From Actinomycetota bacterium (GTDB taxonomy: Bacteria; Actinomycetota; Actinomycetes; Nanopelagicales; Nanopelagicaceae): 64,000 bases of DNA. The stretch spans positions 8,829 through 72,828 of the forward strand of contig CANLJW010000001.1 of NCBI GenBank assembly GCA_947491605.1, in the 5' to 3' direction. This document shows, piece after piece, positions 31,750 through 43,016 of the stretch. A program made the position numbers and the translations under genes. The notes beneath the pieces were generated by a model, which worked only from the letters and a program-made list of their open reading frames with translations, did no database searches and was not told where the DNA came from. Position 1 is the first letter of the stretch. The number at the start of each line of letters is the position of its first letter.

Positions 31750-33384
31750 CTAGCCTACTAATAGTTTCGCTAGCGCATGCCGAAGCGTTTCTAATTGCGA
31801 ATCCGCTGCGGACCTTGCGGCAACCACTTCGCCTGTTTTAACGACCTCTATGTAACATTTAATTTTAGGTTCAGTTCCGCTTGGTCTAATAATGATCCGC
31901 GCACTTTCACCCAGCCAAAATCTAACGCAATCAGTGGCTGGCAATCCATTCTCTGGACGGGCTAAGTCACTGAAATTCCTAACTTTTTCCCCTGCTATCT
32001 CGGTTGGAATTTGGTTTCGGAAACGTTCCATTATTTGGGTAATTTTTGATAAATCTGAAACTCGCAATGAAACTTGCGCAGTAGCGTGATAGCCGTATTT
32101 CAACCAAATCTCATCTAAGTAATGCGATAGCGAGCTCTTGGCATTCGCTAAATTACTGGCGATTTCTACTATTTTTAAAGCCGCGCTAATTCCATCTTTA
32201 TCATTTACGGCCGTGGAATCAACGCAATATCCGAGCGCTTCTTCGTAGCCAAAAGCTAGATTCGGAATCTTCGCTAACCATTTAAAACCAGTTAGGGTTT
32301 CAGTAAAATTTATTTCGTAATGATTAGCAATCTTGCGCAGAATTGCGGACGAAACTATTGAGTTAGCAAAAGTTCCAGTGGTGCCAGCGCTTGCGATAGA
32401 TTCTCCTAATATTGCGCCAACTTCATCACCGCGCAACATTCGCCAACTTCCGTTAGCTTTAATAGCGACAGCGCATCTATCCGCATCTGGATCGTTCGCA
32501 ATCACTAAGTCGGCATCGTAATTTTTTGCAGTTTGTAGCGCCAAATCTATCGCACCAGATTCTTCTGGATTTGGAAACGATACAGTTGGAAAATCTGGAT
32601 CTGGATCAGCTTGTGCGGACACTAAAATTGGCGTAGCAAAATCAGCTGCTTCAAATACTGAAAGTAAAGTTTTAGTACCAACTCCATGCATTGCGGTGTA
32701 GACGACCTTGATGTTGCTGCCTGGCTTTACAATTTTGGCAGTATCTGCGACATATTTGGAGACAATGGCTTCATCCAAAACTTTCCAGCTAGTAGATCTC
32801 GGAATAGCTTTCAAGGATTTAATTTTTGCAATTTCACTAGAGATGGTAACGTCAGTCGGCGAAATGATTTGCGATCCATGATAATTAATTTCGTCAACTA
32901 CGCCACCTAGATAAACTTTGTATCCGTTATCTTGTGCTGGATTATGGCTAGCGGTAACCATCACCCCAACACCTACTTTTAGCGCAGTTACTGCATAAGC
33001 TAATACTGGAGTCGGCAGCGGCCGTGGTAATACAAAAACTCTAAATCCCGCTCCGGCCATGATTTCCGCAGTGTCGTTGGCGAAATCTTCCGAGCCATAC
33101 CGGGCATCGCGACCAATCACTATGGAATCAAGGTTACGAGATTTCATGAATTCTGCTAGCCCAGCAGCAGTTCGGCCGACCACGGCTCGATTCATGCGAC
33201 TTGGTCCAGGGCCAAGCGCACCCCTAAGTCCAGCAGTTCCAAATTCGAGAAATCCCGAGAATGAACTTTTTAGTTCAGGTTCATTCTCAGTATCAAGATA
33301 GTGCTGAAGGAGTTCGGCTGTTTTTATATCTGGATCATCTTCAATCCACGCAGTAACTAAAGTGCGAAGCTCTTGGGCAATCAC
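31750..33384 (-). CDS. PGM2/PmmB-like alpha-D-phosphohexomutase, probable phosphopentomutase
   Basis: Active-site TASHNPAQDNGYK and metal loop NDPDADR. Positioned between PNP and deoC (pmmB is next to deoD in M. tuberculosis). Confidence 0.88.
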   Translation of the reverse strand: MIAQELRTLVTAWIEDDPDIKTAELLQHYLDTENEPELKSSFSGFLEFGTAGLRGALGPGPSRMNRAVVGRTAAGLAEFMKSRNLDSIVIGRDARYGSEDFANDTAEIMAGAGFRVFVLPRPLPTPVLAYAVTALKVGVGVMVTASHNPAQDNGYKVYLGGVVDEINYHGSQIISPTDVTISSEIAKIKSLKAIPRSTSWKVLDEAIVSKYVADTAKIVKPGSNIKVVYTAMHGVGTKTLLSVFEAADFATPILVSAQADPDPDFPTVSFPNPEESGAIDLALQTAKNYDADLVIANDPDADRCAVAIKANGSWRMLRGDEVGAILGESIASAGTTGTFANSIVSSAILRKIANHYEINFTETLTGFKWLAKIPNLAFGYEEALGYCVDSTAVNDKDGISAALKIVEIASNLANAKSSLSHYLDEIWLKYGYHATAQVSLRVSDLSKITQIMERFRNQIPTEIAGEKVRNFSDLARPENGLPATDCVRFWLGESARIIIRPSGTEPKIKCYIEVVKTGEVVAARSAADSQLETLRHALAKLLVG

Positions 33385-33386
33385 TA

Positions 33387-34205
33387 TTACAACTTATGAA
33401 TAAGTTTCGAAAGCAAAGTTCCCATGCGGTCGGCAGCAGCTTTACCAGCAGCCATTACTTCCTCATGGTTAAGTTTTTCGCCAGTCATGCCAGCAGCAGC
33501 ATTAGTAACTAAAGAAATCCCAACAACTTCAGCACCAAGAGCATGTGCCGCAATTGCTTCTGGCACAGTGGACATGCCAACTAAATCAGCGCCCATCGCG
33601 CGCATCATGCGAATTTCTGCAGGAGTTTCGTAAGTTGGACCTCGCCAATGTACGTACACCCCTTCTTCTAAAGTAGAGTCTTCATTTTTAATTAATTTTC
33701 TAATTCTGGCGCTATACAAATCGGTTAAGTCCACAAAAGTAGCGCCGGTGAGTGGACTTACTCCAGTAAGTGAGATGTGATCTTTAATAATTACGGGTTG
33801 ACCAACTTTGAAGTTAGCGTTTATGCCACCACAAGCATTTGTCAGAATTATGGTTTTACAACCGGCTTTAACTGCAGTTCGGACACCATGTACTACTGGT
33901 TCAATACCTTTACCTTCATATAAATGAGTTCTGCCAAGAAAAACCAGCGCGCGAATTACGCCGTTACTTCCCTTAATGTCATATGAACGGATTAACCCGC
34001 CATGGCCGGCAACCGTTGGCGCTGGAAATCCTGGTAAATCTGTTACCGAAAATTCATGTGTTGGAGCACCAAGTGCTTCGGCGGCCGAAACCCAACCAGA
34101 TCCCATGACCAGTGCCACATCGTGGGCGACCTTTCCAGTCATATTTTTAAGCGCAAGCGCTGCGCTTTCAGCCGCACCCATTGGGTCCGAGTAGATATCT
34201 ATCAC
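33387..34205 (-). CDS. purine nucleoside phosphorylase (trimeric PunA type)
   Basis: VMGSGW, GRTHLYEG, HWRGPTYETPAE, MSTVPE. Start set to GTG 34205 (TAAGGT plus a 6-nt spacer); the ORF is open to TTG 34211. Confidence 0.92.
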   Translation of the reverse strand: MIDIYSDPMGAAESAALALKNMTGKVAHDVALVMGSGWVSAAEALGAPTHEFSVTDLPGFPAPTVAGHGGLIRSYDIKGSNGVIRALVFLGRTHLYEGKGIEPVVHGVRTAVKAGCKTIILTNACGGINANFKVGQPVIIKDHISLTGVSPLTGATFVDLTDLYSARIRKLIKNEDSTLEEGVYVHWRGPTYETPAEIRMMRAMGADLVGMSTVPEAIAAHALGAEVVGISLVTNAAAGMTGEKLNHEEVMAAGKAAADRMGTLLSKLIHKL

Positions 34206-34211
34206 AACCAA

Positions 34212-34217
34212 ACCTTA
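34212..34217 (-). promoter_or_regulatory. -10-like TANNNT hexamer (or SD) upstream of the PNP gene
   Basis: Minus strand TAAGGT, then 6 nt (TTGGTT), then GTG 34205. AAGG could alternatively act as an SD. Confidence 0.35.
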
Positions 34218-34257
34218 CCGCTTGGGCTTGGCGATAACCTAGGCTAAGCAGAAGTTA

Positions 34258-37200
34258 ATGCGAATTGTTGCAGAACGGATGTGCAAGTTGTCTAGGGATA
34301 ATACAACCGACCCCGGCATAGATGGCTTAGATGCAATCGCAATAAAAAAGGTAAATGAATTACTGATCGAATCCGAAGCTACTCGTTCCCGTAAAGATAT
34401 TGGAAACCGTAAACGTTTCGCACGCTTGCTAAGAGAACCAGCCGCAATCGCAGTAACTATGGGGCTCACCGATGAAGTGATGCGAATATCTAACCCTGTG
34501 CGAGCTGCTAAATCTTTTAGAACGGTTTCTAAAGATGCAACTATCTCTGGATTAGGTTTAGTAGATTATTTGGGCATTAAAATTGCGGTAGTAGGTTCGA
34601 TAATTTTGCCTAAATTAGTAATGAAAGCGGTACGCGGCCGCGTTGAATTTGCATCCAACGGCATAATTTTGCCTGCTGAAAACAAGCAGCTTTTATCCCA
34701 TATTACAAAACGTTCGCAAGAGAGCGCTAGATTGAATATAAATTTACTTGGTGAAGCAGTACTCGGCGATGGCGAAGCTACGGAGCGTTTTAATTCGGTA
34801 ATAGAAATGATTCGCCGTCCCGAAGCTAATTATGCATCCGTAAAGATTTCCGCGATTGTCAGCCAATTAATCACAATCGATCATTTCGGATCAGTCAATC
34901 GAGTATTAGAGCGGTTGCGAGTTCTATATCGGGAAGCAAAGATCAATGAAACTTTCATTAACTTGGATATGGAGGAGTACCGCGACCTATCAATCACGGT
35001 AGAAGTTTTTAAAACGGTATTAGACGAACCAGAATTTGCCGACTTAAATGCCGGTATTGTGCTGCAGGCATATTTGCCAGAATCTCATTATTATTTGGAA
35101 AATTTAATTGAGTGGAGCCGTAACCGCTTTATGCGAAGCGGCGGAACTATAAAAATTCGCATTGTAAAAGGCGCTAACTTAGCGATGGAGAAAGCTGAGG
35201 CTGAATTACATGGCTGGACGCCAGCACCATATCCAAAGAAATCCGATGTCGACGCTAGTTATACCCGCCTAATTGATTTAGCGCTTCGACCAGAAAATGC
35301 GAAAGCGGTGCGAATTGGTATCGCCAGCCATAACCTCTTTCATATTGCTTGGTCCATCGAAGTTGCTAAAAATCGCGGCGTAATCGAACAGCTTGATATT
35401 GAAATGTTAGAAGGAATGGCAAATGCAGAAGCTCTTGCGATTGCAAAATCAATGGGTTCAGTTCTCCTTTACACGCCGGTAACGCGTAAAGCAGATTTTC
35501 CAAGCGCAGTTGCATACTTGGTGCGAAGGCTCGATGAAAATACTTCTTTAGAAAATTACTTAAGAGCATCTTTCGATATGGAAGAGGGCAGTGCTAACTA
35601 TCTCGATCAAAAGTTTAGATTTGAGAATTCAGTATCGGAGCGACACACAATCGCTACGCAATCTAGGCGCCACTCTAATATGCCGATTAGTCATTCTGGA
35701 GAATTTGCGAACGCTAGTGATGGTGATTTAACAAATCCTATTTTGCGATCAGCGCTGGCCACTGAATATGCAAAGATTTCAAATGGAATCGCTGACCCAA
35801 TTCCCGTTGTAATAAATGGCGCTGAAATTTTAAATCAAATTTTGGAATTAGGTTTAGATCCTAATGAAGATGGAAAACCTTGGTATAAATATTCGGTTAT
35901 TAATTCGGAAGATGTAGATAACGCCATCCAAGTTGCGCAAAACTCGCTGCTAAGTTGGGAATCAATTGGCGCTGCGGGTCGAGCCAAGCTGCTGCAAGCT
36001 GCTGCTACTTTGATGGAATCTGGCCGGGCAAAAACTATTGCAATTATGGCGCGCGATGCTGGCAAAACCGTTAGCGAAGCAGATCCAGAAGTAAGTGAAG
36101 CGATCGACTTTGCTAGATATTACGCCGATTCCGCTATAAAAATGAGCGAGGGATCCACACCGCTTGGCGTAGTTTTAATTGTGCCACCGTGGAATTTTCC
36201 ATATGCGATTCCAATGGGTGGCGTTTGCGCTGCGCTTGCTGCTGGAAATACCGTGATTTTAAAGCCAGCTCCAGAAACCGTTGCAACTGCTTGGGAGATT
36301 GTGCAACAACTTTGGGCCGGCGGTATTCCTAAAAACGTATTGCAATTCTTACCTTCCCGAGATGATGCAGTTGGTAAATACTTGATTTCTCATCCTGGTA
36401 TCGCTGGCTTAATTCTTACCGGAGCGCTTGCAACTGCTGAACTATTCTTATCTTGGAAACCTGATTTGAATTTGATGGCAGAAACAAGTGGCAAAAACTC
36501 CTTATTAATTTCGGCTAGTGCAGATATAGACAGCGCGGTAAAAGATTTAGTGCAATCAGCTTTTGGGCATGCTGGCCAAAAATGTAGCGCTGCAAGTTTA
36601 GGAATTGTGGATTCAACCATTTTAAAAAATCCAGCATTCTTGAAACAATTAAAAGATGCGGTTGTCAGCCTTAGCGTTGGATCTGGAGTTAAGTATGGAA
36701 CTACGGTGGGTCCAGTAATTAGAGCCCCAGAATCGGCGCTGTTGCGTGCGCTAACAACTTTAGAAGCTGGCGAAACTTGGTTGGTAGAACCAAGACAAAT
36801 AGATAGCGCGGGCTTTACTTGGTCACCAGGTGTGAAATTGGGAATTAAAGCAAATTCTTGGAGCCATAAAAATGAATGGTTTGGTCCAGTGCTAGGAATA
36901 ATGGAAGCACCAAATTTTGCGACGGCACTTAAATGGCAAAACGACGTGGACTTTGGCCTAACTTCTGGAATTCATAGCCTTGATTCTTCTGAGTGTTCAG
37001 AATGGATTACTGGAATCGAAGCCGGAAATCTATATGTAAATCGAAGTATCACGGGCGCGATTGTAAATCGCCAACCATTCGGCGGGTGGAAACGGAGCAG
37101 CGTCGGTGCAACTGCTAAAGCTGGCGGCCCGAATTACTTATCTCAACTCCGGAAGTGGGCATCGCTTACAGATACAGCCTCGTTAAAAGAGAGCGCAAAT

Positions 37201-37641
37201 CAATGGTGGGAGAGCGCTGGAAAACATGCGATTGATCGCGCTGGTTTAAATGTAGAACTAAACTATCAAAGGTATTGCAAATTTAATTCGGAAATCTTAG
37301 TTCTAATTGATGATCAAGTTTCTAATGAAGTGTTAGCCGCTATCGATTGGATCTCAAAAAGATTTGATTTATCAATTCGAATCAGCAAAACGGATTCCAT
37401 TTCGGATCTACTTTCGCAAATTAAAAGAGGATTATTATCAATTGGCAAAGTGCGCTGGCTTTCAAATGCCACCCCACCAATTACAGAGCTCTTAGCGCTG
37501 GGTATTTCGGTAGATCCACGACCGATTACAAACGAAGGTTCCGTGGAAATGCCACGCTGGTTCAGGGAGCAGAGTGTGGCAATCACAAACCACCGTTATG
37601 GAAATGTTGGCGCTGGCCCTAAGCCAACCATTTCCACATAA
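34258..37641 (+). CDS. putA: bifunctional proline dehydrogenase / L-glutamate-gamma-semialdehyde dehydrogenase
   Basis: 1127 aa. The N-terminal PRODH barrel region is inferred from protein length and family architecture. C-terminal ALDH module with PPWNFP, ETSGKN and catalytic GQKCSA. Start codon uncertain. Confidence 0.92.
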   Translation: MRIVAERMCKLSRDNTTDPGIDGLDAIAIKKVNELLIESEATRSRKDIGNRKRFARLLREPAAIAVTMGLTDEVMRISNPVRAAKSFRTVSKDATISGLGLVDYLGIKIAVVGSIILPKLVMKAVRGRVEFASNGIILPAENKQLLSHITKRSQESARLNINLLGEAVLGDGEATERFNSVIEMIRRPEANYASVKISAIVSQLITIDHFGSVNRVLERLRVLYREAKINETFINLDMEEYRDLSITVEVFKTVLDEPEFADLNAGIVLQAYLPESHYYLENLIEWSRNRFMRSGGTIKIRIVKGANLAMEKAEAELHGWTPAPYPKKSDVDASYTRLIDLALRPENAKAVRIGIASHNLFHIAWSIEVAKNRGVIEQLDIEMLEGMANAEALAIAKSMGSVLLYTPVTRKADFPSAVAYLVRRLDENTSLENYLRASFDMEEGSANYLDQKFRFENSVSERHTIATQSRRHSNMPISHSGEFANASDGDLTNPILRSALATEYAKISNGIADPIPVVINGAEILNQILELGLDPNEDGKPWYKYSVINSEDVDNAIQVAQNSLLSWESIGAAGRAKLLQAAATLMESGRAKTIAIMARDAGKTVSEADPEVSEAIDFARYYADSAIKMSEGSTPLGVVLIVPPWNFPYAIPMGGVCAALAAGNTVILKPAPETVATAWEIVQQLWAGGIPKNVLQFLPSRDDAVGKYLISHPGIAGLILTGALATAELFLSWKPDLNLMAETSGKNSLLISASADIDSAVKDLVQSAFGHAGQKCSAASLGIVDSTILKNPAFLKQLKDAVVSLSVGSGVKYGTTVGPVIRAPESALLRALTTLEAGETWLVEPRQIDSAGFTWSPGVKLGIKANSWSHKNEWFGPVLGIMEAPNFATALKWQNDVDFGLTSGIHSLDSSECSEWITGIEAGNLYVNRSITGAIVNRQPFGGWKRSSVGATAKAGGPNYLSQLRKWASLTDTASLKESANQWWESAGKHAIDRAGLNVELNYQRYCKFNSEILVLIDDQVSNEVLAAIDWISKRFDLSIRISKTDSISDLLSQIKRGLLSIGKVRWLSNATPPITELLALGISVDPRPITNEGSVEMPRWFREQSVAITNHRYGNVGAGPKPTIST

Positions 37642-37657
37642 AGCGTTATCGGAGCAT

Positions 37658-39376
37658 TTAACTATCTAATATGTTGCAGAGCTTGCTACCACTTGTGATG
37701 GTTTCGCCAATATTGGCTGATATATCGGCAATTTTACCGGCTTTGTGCGCAGTAAGCGGTTGCTCCATTTTCATGGCTTCCAATACAAAAATTAAATCTC
37801 CAACTTCGACCTGGTCGCCTTCTGAAACTGCAATTTTTACAACGGTTCCTTGCATTGGACTAGTGAGAGCATCACCAGTAACAATCCCAGTTACGCCACT
37901 TTTAGCGCGATGGCGTTTATGTGTGGTTTCGCTTGCATGAAGTGCAACTTCAAATCTATGGCCATTAACTTCGGTAATGAAAGTTTCTGGTCGGGGTACG
38001 CTAGAAATTCCAGAAGTACCACCTTGAAACTCTGGGATTTCATTAACAAACTCACTCTCAATGTAACTTGTATAAACTTTAAATTCATTAACAAATGCTG
38101 GATCGATAACAATTGCGCGATGAAACGGGAGCGCAGTCGCTAAACCTTCAATTTGAAATTCAGCTAACGCTCGTTTAGCGCGTGCGATTGCTTCATTTCT
38201 AGTAGCGCCAGTGATAATTAATTTAGCTAAAAGTGAATCAAAATTTCCACCGATAACATCGCCCGCAGTAAAACCGGCATCAACGCGTACGCCAGGTCCG
38301 CTAGGTACTTGCCATTTAGTTATTGTGCCGGGAGCTGGCAAAAATGAACGCCCAGGATCTTCGCCATTAATTCTAAATTCGATTGAGTGACCACGGATAA
38401 TTGGGTCTTCATTCTTTATTTTTTCGCCCATTGCAATTCGGAATTGTTCTCGTACCAAATCTATGCCCGCAACTTCTTCACTAACTGGGTGTTCGACTTG
38501 CAGTCGGGTATTAACTTCCAGAAAGGAGATAGTGCCATCAATTCCGACTAGAAATTCACATGTACCGGCTCCGACGTAGCCAGCAGCTTTCATGATGGCT
38601 TTGCTAGAACGGTAAAGCTCAGCGTTCTGCGCTTCACTTAAAAACGGTGCGGGGGCTTCTTCGACTAATTTTTGATGACGACGTTGCAGCGAGCAATCTC
38701 TAGTGCTGACAACCATGGCATTTCCGTGTTGATCAACGAGCACTTGGGTCTCAACATGGCGCGGTTTATCTAGGTAACGCTCCACAAAACATTCACCGCG
38801 ACCAAAACCGCTAATCGCTTCTCGAACTGCCGATGCATAGAGCTCTGGAATTTCCGCGAGCGATCGCGCAACTTTTAAGCCGCGACCACCGCCACCATGG
38901 GCAGCTTTTATCGCAACTGGCAGACCATGTTCCTTTGCAAATGCAATAACTTCATCTGCAGAATCGACTGGGTCGGAAGTGCCAGCGACTTGTGGTGCTC
39001 CAACTTTTGCCGCAATTTTTCGAGCCGAAACTTTATCGCCCAACGCTCTAATCGCGGCTGGCGGTGGTCCAATCCAAACCAACCCCGCAGCGATCACTGC
39101 TTCTGCAAAATCTGCGTTCTCAGATAGAAATCCATAGCCCGGATGAACTGCATCAGCACCAGATTTTTTTGCAACTGCAATAATTTTTGGGATATTCAAA
39201 TAAGTTTGCGCACTAGTTATACCGTTTAATGCAAAAGCTTCGTCAGCAGATTGCACATGAAGTGCGTTTCGATCTTCATCTGAGTAAACCGCAATACTTT
39301 TTAAACCATGGTCTTTACAAGCCCGTGCGACTCGTACCGCAATTTCGCCGCGGTTAGCAATCAATACTGATTTCAT
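37658..39376 (-). CDS. accA: acetyl/propionyl-CoA carboxylase alpha subunit (biotin carboxylase + BCCP)
   Basis: [16 protein letters not shown], and C-terminal biotinylation motif EAMKME. Confidence 0.95.
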   Translation of the reverse strand: MKSVLIANRGEIAVRVARACKDHGLKSIAVYSDEDRNALHVQSADEAFALNGITSAQTYLNIPKIIAVAKKSGADAVHPGYGFLSENADFAEAVIAAGLVWIGPPPAAIRALGDKVSARKIAAKVGAPQVAGTSDPVDSADEVIAFAKEHGLPVAIKAAHGGGGRGLKVARSLAEIPELYASAVREAISGFGRGECFVERYLDKPRHVETQVLVDQHGNAMVVSTRDCSLQRRHQKLVEEAPAPFLSEAQNAELYRSSKAIMKAAGYVGAGTCEFLVGIDGTISFLEVNTRLQVEHPVSEEVAGIDLVREQFRIAMGEKIKNEDPIIRGHSIEFRINGEDPGRSFLPAPGTITKWQVPSGPGVRVDAGFTAGDVIGGNFDSLLAKLIITGATRNEAIARAKRALAEFQIEGLATALPFHRAIVIDPAFVNEFKVYTSYIESEFVNEIPEFQGGTSGISSVPRPETFITEVNGHRFEVALHASETTHKRHRAKSGVTGIVTGDALTSPMQGTVVKIAVSEGDQVEVGDLIFVLEAMKMEQPLTAHKAGKIADISANIGETITSGSKLCNILDS

Positions 39377-39999
39377 CAGATTGTCACTTCCGATGTGAGT
39401 GGTTTTGAATTTGCAATTGCAAACCAGTCATAACCTAGGTGATTTATAGTTTTTCGAAGTAGCGGCAATGAAAGTCCGATTACATTGCTGGTTTCGCCCT
39501 CAATCCGATCAATAAATGGTGCGCTCAAACCATCTAGCGTAAATCCACCAGCAACTTGTAGCGGTTCGCCAGTAGCAACATAATCTTCTATTTCTCGATC
39601 TGTCATATCGGCGAAGAAAACTTTAGTAGAGGTGATATCTGATATTTCCATTCCTTTTGCGGTATCGATAAAGCAGTGACCTGTATGCAAAATCCCTGAA
39701 TTGCCACGTAATTCTTTACATCTAGCGATCGCATTAGCTGGCGTTTCTGGTTTTCCTAAAGATCTGCCGTTGAATTCAAAAGTTGAGTCACAACCAATCA
39801 CAATCGCCGCTTCATTTATCATTGCTTTAACAGTGTGAGCCTTAACGATGGCTAGCGCTAGTACTAATTCAGCTGGAGTTAAACCTTGATATTCAGGTAA
39901 TTCTTCATCAACACCGCTCACAATTATCTCTGGGTTAATACCTACCGAATTTAATAAGCGCCGTCGTGATGGCGAAGCCGATGCCAGGATAATTTTCAT
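39376..39999 (-). CDS. maf: Maf-like nucleoside triphosphate pyrophosphatase
   Basis: [14 protein letters not shown]-terminus. 207 aa. Stop shares 1 nt with the accA start. Confidence 0.92.
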   Translation of the reverse strand: MKIILASASPSRRRLLNSVGINPEIIVSGVDEELPEYQGLTPAELVLALAIVKAHTVKAMINEAAIVIGCDSTFEFNGRSLGKPETPANAIARCKELRGNSGILHTGHCFIDTAKGMEISDITSTKVFFADMTDREIEDYVATGEPLQVAGGFTLDGLSAPFIDRIEGETSNVIGLSLPLLRKTINHLGYDWFAIANSKPLTSEVTI

Positions 40000-40001
40000 T
40001 G

Positions 40002-40169
40002 TTATTTACCATCGTTGTATCTACGATTTTTAACGAGCTCACCACGAAGTTGTGGCTTTCCCCAAGTACTTCGGCTTACTACTGGTTTTTTAATGCGTGC
40101 TTTCAAAACATTTGTGATCGCCATGGTTTCGTCAGAATTTGGGGTGCCTTTAGTTACGGTGAAGTTCAT
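40002..40169 (-). CDS. acyl-CoA carboxylase epsilon subunit
   Basis: 55 aa from ATG 40169 (the ORF-track start at 40202 would overlap pccB). VTKGTP...E..A ... RSTWG pattern. Position after the carboxyltransferase matches accE5. Confidence 0.6.
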   Translation of the reverse strand: MNFTVTKGTPNSDETMAITNVLKARIKKPVVSRSTWGKPQLRGELVKNRRYNDGK

Positions 40170-40182
40170 TTCAGAATTATTC

Positions 40183-41754
40183 CTAAAGCGGAATATTGCC
40201 ATGCTTTCTAGCTGGCAAAATGTCGCGTTTGTTTCGGAGCGTGCGTAGCGCTTTAGTGATGTAGCTTCTAGTTTGGCTTGGTTCTATTACAGCATCGATA
40301 AAGCCACGCTCTGCGGCTAAGTAAGGATTAGCTAGGGTATCTTCGTAATTAGTAATTAATTCTTTCCGAAGTTTTTCTGGGTCTTTTGCGTCGTTTAATT
40401 CTTTTCGGTAAAGAATATTTACTGCGCCTTGTGCGCCCATGACCGCAATTTGAGCGGTTGGCCAAGCTAGATTTATATCGGCTCCTAAATGTTTTGAACC
40501 CATAACATCATAAGCGCCACCATAAGCTTTTCGAGTAATTAATGTAACCATTGGAACCGATGCTTCGCCATAGGCATAGAGCAACTTTGCACCGCGTCGA
40601 ATAATGCCATTCCATTCTTGATCTGTACCCGGTAAGAATCCAGGTACATCTACCAGCGTGATAATTGGGATTCCATAAGCATCACAAGTTCGCACAAATC
40701 GGGCTGCTTTTTCGCTTGCATCAATATTTAGCGTGCCGGCAAGTTGTAGCGGTTGGTTAGCTACTACACCTACGGAACGACCTTCAATTCTGCCAAATCC
40801 AATTACGATGTTTGGTGCAAAGAGCGATTGCACTTCCAAGAATTCAGACTCGTCTAGGATCGCTTCAATAACTTTTTTAATATCGTAAGGTTGATTTGGG
40901 CTATCTGGAATTAAAAGATCAAGTGACTTATCAAGCGGAGTTACTTCATCGCTTTCGGTTGCACCCAAAATTGGGGCTTCATCCATATTGTTACTTGGCA
41001 AATATGAAAGTAAAGCCTTTACGTAATCAATCGCTTCATCTTCATTCTCGGCTAAGTAATGGGAGTTTCCAGTCTTAGCGTTATGGGTATGTGCGCCACC
41101 AAGTTCTTCCATGCCAACTTCTTCACCAGTAACGGCCTTAATGACTTCTGGGCCGGTAATAAACATATGTGATGTTTCATTTACCATAATGGTGAAGTCG
41201 GTCATCGCCGGGGAATAAACCGCACCGCCAGCGCACGGTCCAAGAATTAATGATATTTGTGGGATTACACCAGATGATCTTGCATTGCGTCGAAAAATTT
41301 CGCCGTATCTGCCAAGTGAAACTACGCCCTCTTGAATTCGAGCGCCACCCGAATCATTAATGCCTACCAGCGGAATTCCATTCTTCAATGCAAAGTCCAT
41401 CAGCTTTACAATTTTTTCACCAAAAACTTCGCCGAGACTGCCACCCATTATTGTAAAGTCTTGGGAGAAGACTGCGATAGTTCGGCCATCCACCGTTCCA
41501 TACCCAGTTACAACGCCATCACCATATGGTCGGCTATCTTGCATTCCAAAATTAACGGAACGATGTCTGGCAAACTCATCTAGTTCTGTAAAGGAACCCG
41601 CATCAACTAATTTTTCGATACGCTCACGCGCAGTCATCTTCCCTTTTGCGTGTTGCTTTTCGATGGCGCGAGCGGAACCAGCGTGCACCGCTTCATCTAA
41701 TCGTTTGCGCAGATCTTCGATCTTGCCGGCCGTAGTATGAATGTCTTCGGTCAT
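40183..41754 (-). CDS. pccB: propionyl-CoA carboxylase beta subunit (carboxyltransferase)
   Basis: 523 aa, two crotonase-like halves. [31 protein letters not shown]. Confidence 0.95.
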   Translation of the reverse strand: MTEDIHTTAGKIEDLRKRLDEAVHAGSARAIEKQHAKGKMTARERIEKLVDAGSFTELDEFARHRSVNFGMQDSRPYGDGVVTGYGTVDGRTIAVFSQDFTIMGGSLGEVFGEKIVKLMDFALKNGIPLVGINDSGGARIQEGVVSLGRYGEIFRRNARSSGVIPQISLILGPCAGGAVYSPAMTDFTIMVNETSHMFITGPEVIKAVTGEEVGMEELGGAHTHNAKTGNSHYLAENEDEAIDYVKALLSYLPSNNMDEAPILGATESDEVTPLDKSLDLLIPDSPNQPYDIKKVIEAILDESEFLEVQSLFAPNIVIGFGRIEGRSVGVVANQPLQLAGTLNIDASEKAARFVRTCDAYGIPIITLVDVPGFLPGTDQEWNGIIRRGAKLLYAYGEASVPMVTLITRKAYGGAYDVMGSKHLGADINLAWPTAQIAVMGAQGAVNILYRKELNDAKDPEKLRKELITNYEDTLANPYLAAERGFIDAVIEPSQTRSYITKALRTLRNKRDILPARKHGNIPL

Positions 41755-41784
41755 GGGCTTAAGGTACTAGGGAAATGAGGCGCA

Positions 41785-42540
41785 GTGATACATGTTCCGC
41801 TTAACCCGCAACGAATATCACAGGCGCTCGGCAACGGCTACTGGCGGGTAAAGGTAATTCCAGAAACCACTTCAACGCAGAGCGAAATCATAAATAATTT
41901 TTCACCGTTACAACATGGTGATTTACTAATCGCAGAATTTCAAAATAGCGGTAGAGGCCGGTTAGATCGTAAATTTATTGCACCACCAATGCGCGCGTTG
42001 CTTTTCTCAGCTTTTATAAAACCAGAACGTGCCATTTCTGAATGGGGCTGGTTACCACTAATTATTGGGTTATCAGTTGCCGAAGCTCTAACTGAATTGA
42101 CTGGAAAAGAGTTTCTAACAAAGTGGCCAAACGATGTGTTGCATGAAGGTAAGAAAGTTTGTGGAATTCTCTGTGAAAGTAACTACGGAGGCGTGATTGC
42201 GGGTATTGGCATAAATGTTAATTTTGAGAAATCCGAACTACCAGTTAAAAATGCATCAGCAATCAACTTAATAACTGGTAACGAAATAAAACGAGAGTTA
42301 GTGCTTGCAGCAGTACTGCGTAAGATCTCAGAAAATTTAAAAATCTGGAATGAGAGCGGGTTCAATTCGCTAGCTGAAATTTATTTAAAATATTCAGATA
42401 CGATTGGTAAAGACGTTAGAGTTGAATTAGGCAGCGGAAATACAATTTCCGCAATAGCAGTCGGCCTAAGTGAATTGGGTGAGTTAAAGCTAAGTAATGG
42501 AAGTACCGTCTCAATTGGGGATGTCACACACTTACGTTGA
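41785..42540 (+). CDS. birA: biotin--[acetyl-CoA-carboxylase] ligase, class I (no HTH domain)
   Basis: GTG 41785 after GAGG. GRGRLDRKF motif, KWPND, ICGIL. 251 aa. Confidence 0.9.
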   Translation: MIHVPLNPQRISQALGNGYWRVKVIPETTSTQSEIINNFSPLQHGDLLIAEFQNSGRGRLDRKFIAPPMRALLFSAFIKPERAISEWGWLPLIIGLSVAEALTELTGKEFLTKWPNDVLHEGKKVCGILCESNYGGVIAGIGINVNFEKSELPVKNASAINLITGNEIKRELVLAAVLRKISENLKIWNESGFNSLAEIYLKYSDTIGKDVRVELGSGNTISAIAVGLSELGELKLSNGSTVSIGDVTHLR

Positions 42541-42960
42541 TGGAAATACCCATTTTCGGTAGGCGTAAAATCTAAATAAGGTTCCGATTCCAACACCAAC
42601 CACGTTCGCACTTATATTGTCGGCAAGCGCCGACTGTAAATCTAAGACATAACGCGAAAAGGCAAGTGCTAGCGTGCCGATTCCTAACCCAACAAGATTG
42701 AGCGCAAAAAAGAGTGTAACTTCGCGATGCATCTTTCCTTTTGGTCGATCGCGCCAAGTCCAAAATCTGTTACCTAAATAAGCCACGGTTATTGAGGCAA
42801 TGCCGGAAATTATTGAGCCAGTCAGCGGTTTTTCTGAAAGCGGAGCTCGCGGAATGTGCACTAGTAGGTTAAAACCACCAACAGAGATCACATACGCAAC
42901 TGCGCCAACGCTCCCGAATTTCATCAATTCATGGCGGATATCAAGCAACCTTTTAATCAC
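42532..42960 (-). CDS. GtrA-family membrane protein
   Basis: 142 aa, 4 TM. N-terminal FGSVGAVAYV pattern and C-terminal YAYRKWVF. Position beside purK matches Rv3277. 9-nt convergent overlap with birA. Confidence 0.8.
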   Translation of the reverse strand: MIKRLLDIRHELMKFGSVGAVAYVISVGGFNLLVHIPRAPLSEKPLTGSIISGIASITVAYLGNRFWTWRDRPKGKMHREVTLFFALNLVGLGIGTLALAFSRYVLDLQSALADNISANVVGVGIGTLFRFYAYRKWVFPST

Positions 42961-42966
42961 TAGCGG

Positions 42967-42972
42967 AGTCTA
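42967..42972 (-). promoter_or_regulatory. -10-like TANNNT hexamer, candidate leaderless promoter of the GtrA gene
   Basis: Minus strand TAGACT, then 6 nt, then GTG 42960. Confidence 0.45.
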
Positions 42973-43004
42973 TCCGCCAAATAACGATTTATATCGCTAA
43001 CAAG

Positions 43005-43010
43005 TAATCT
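43005..43010 (+). promoter_or_regulatory. -10-like TANNNT hexamer, candidate leaderless promoter of purK
   Basis: TAATCT, then 6 nt (TGCGCT), then ATG 43017. Confidence 0.45.
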
Positions 43011-43016
43011 TGCGCT

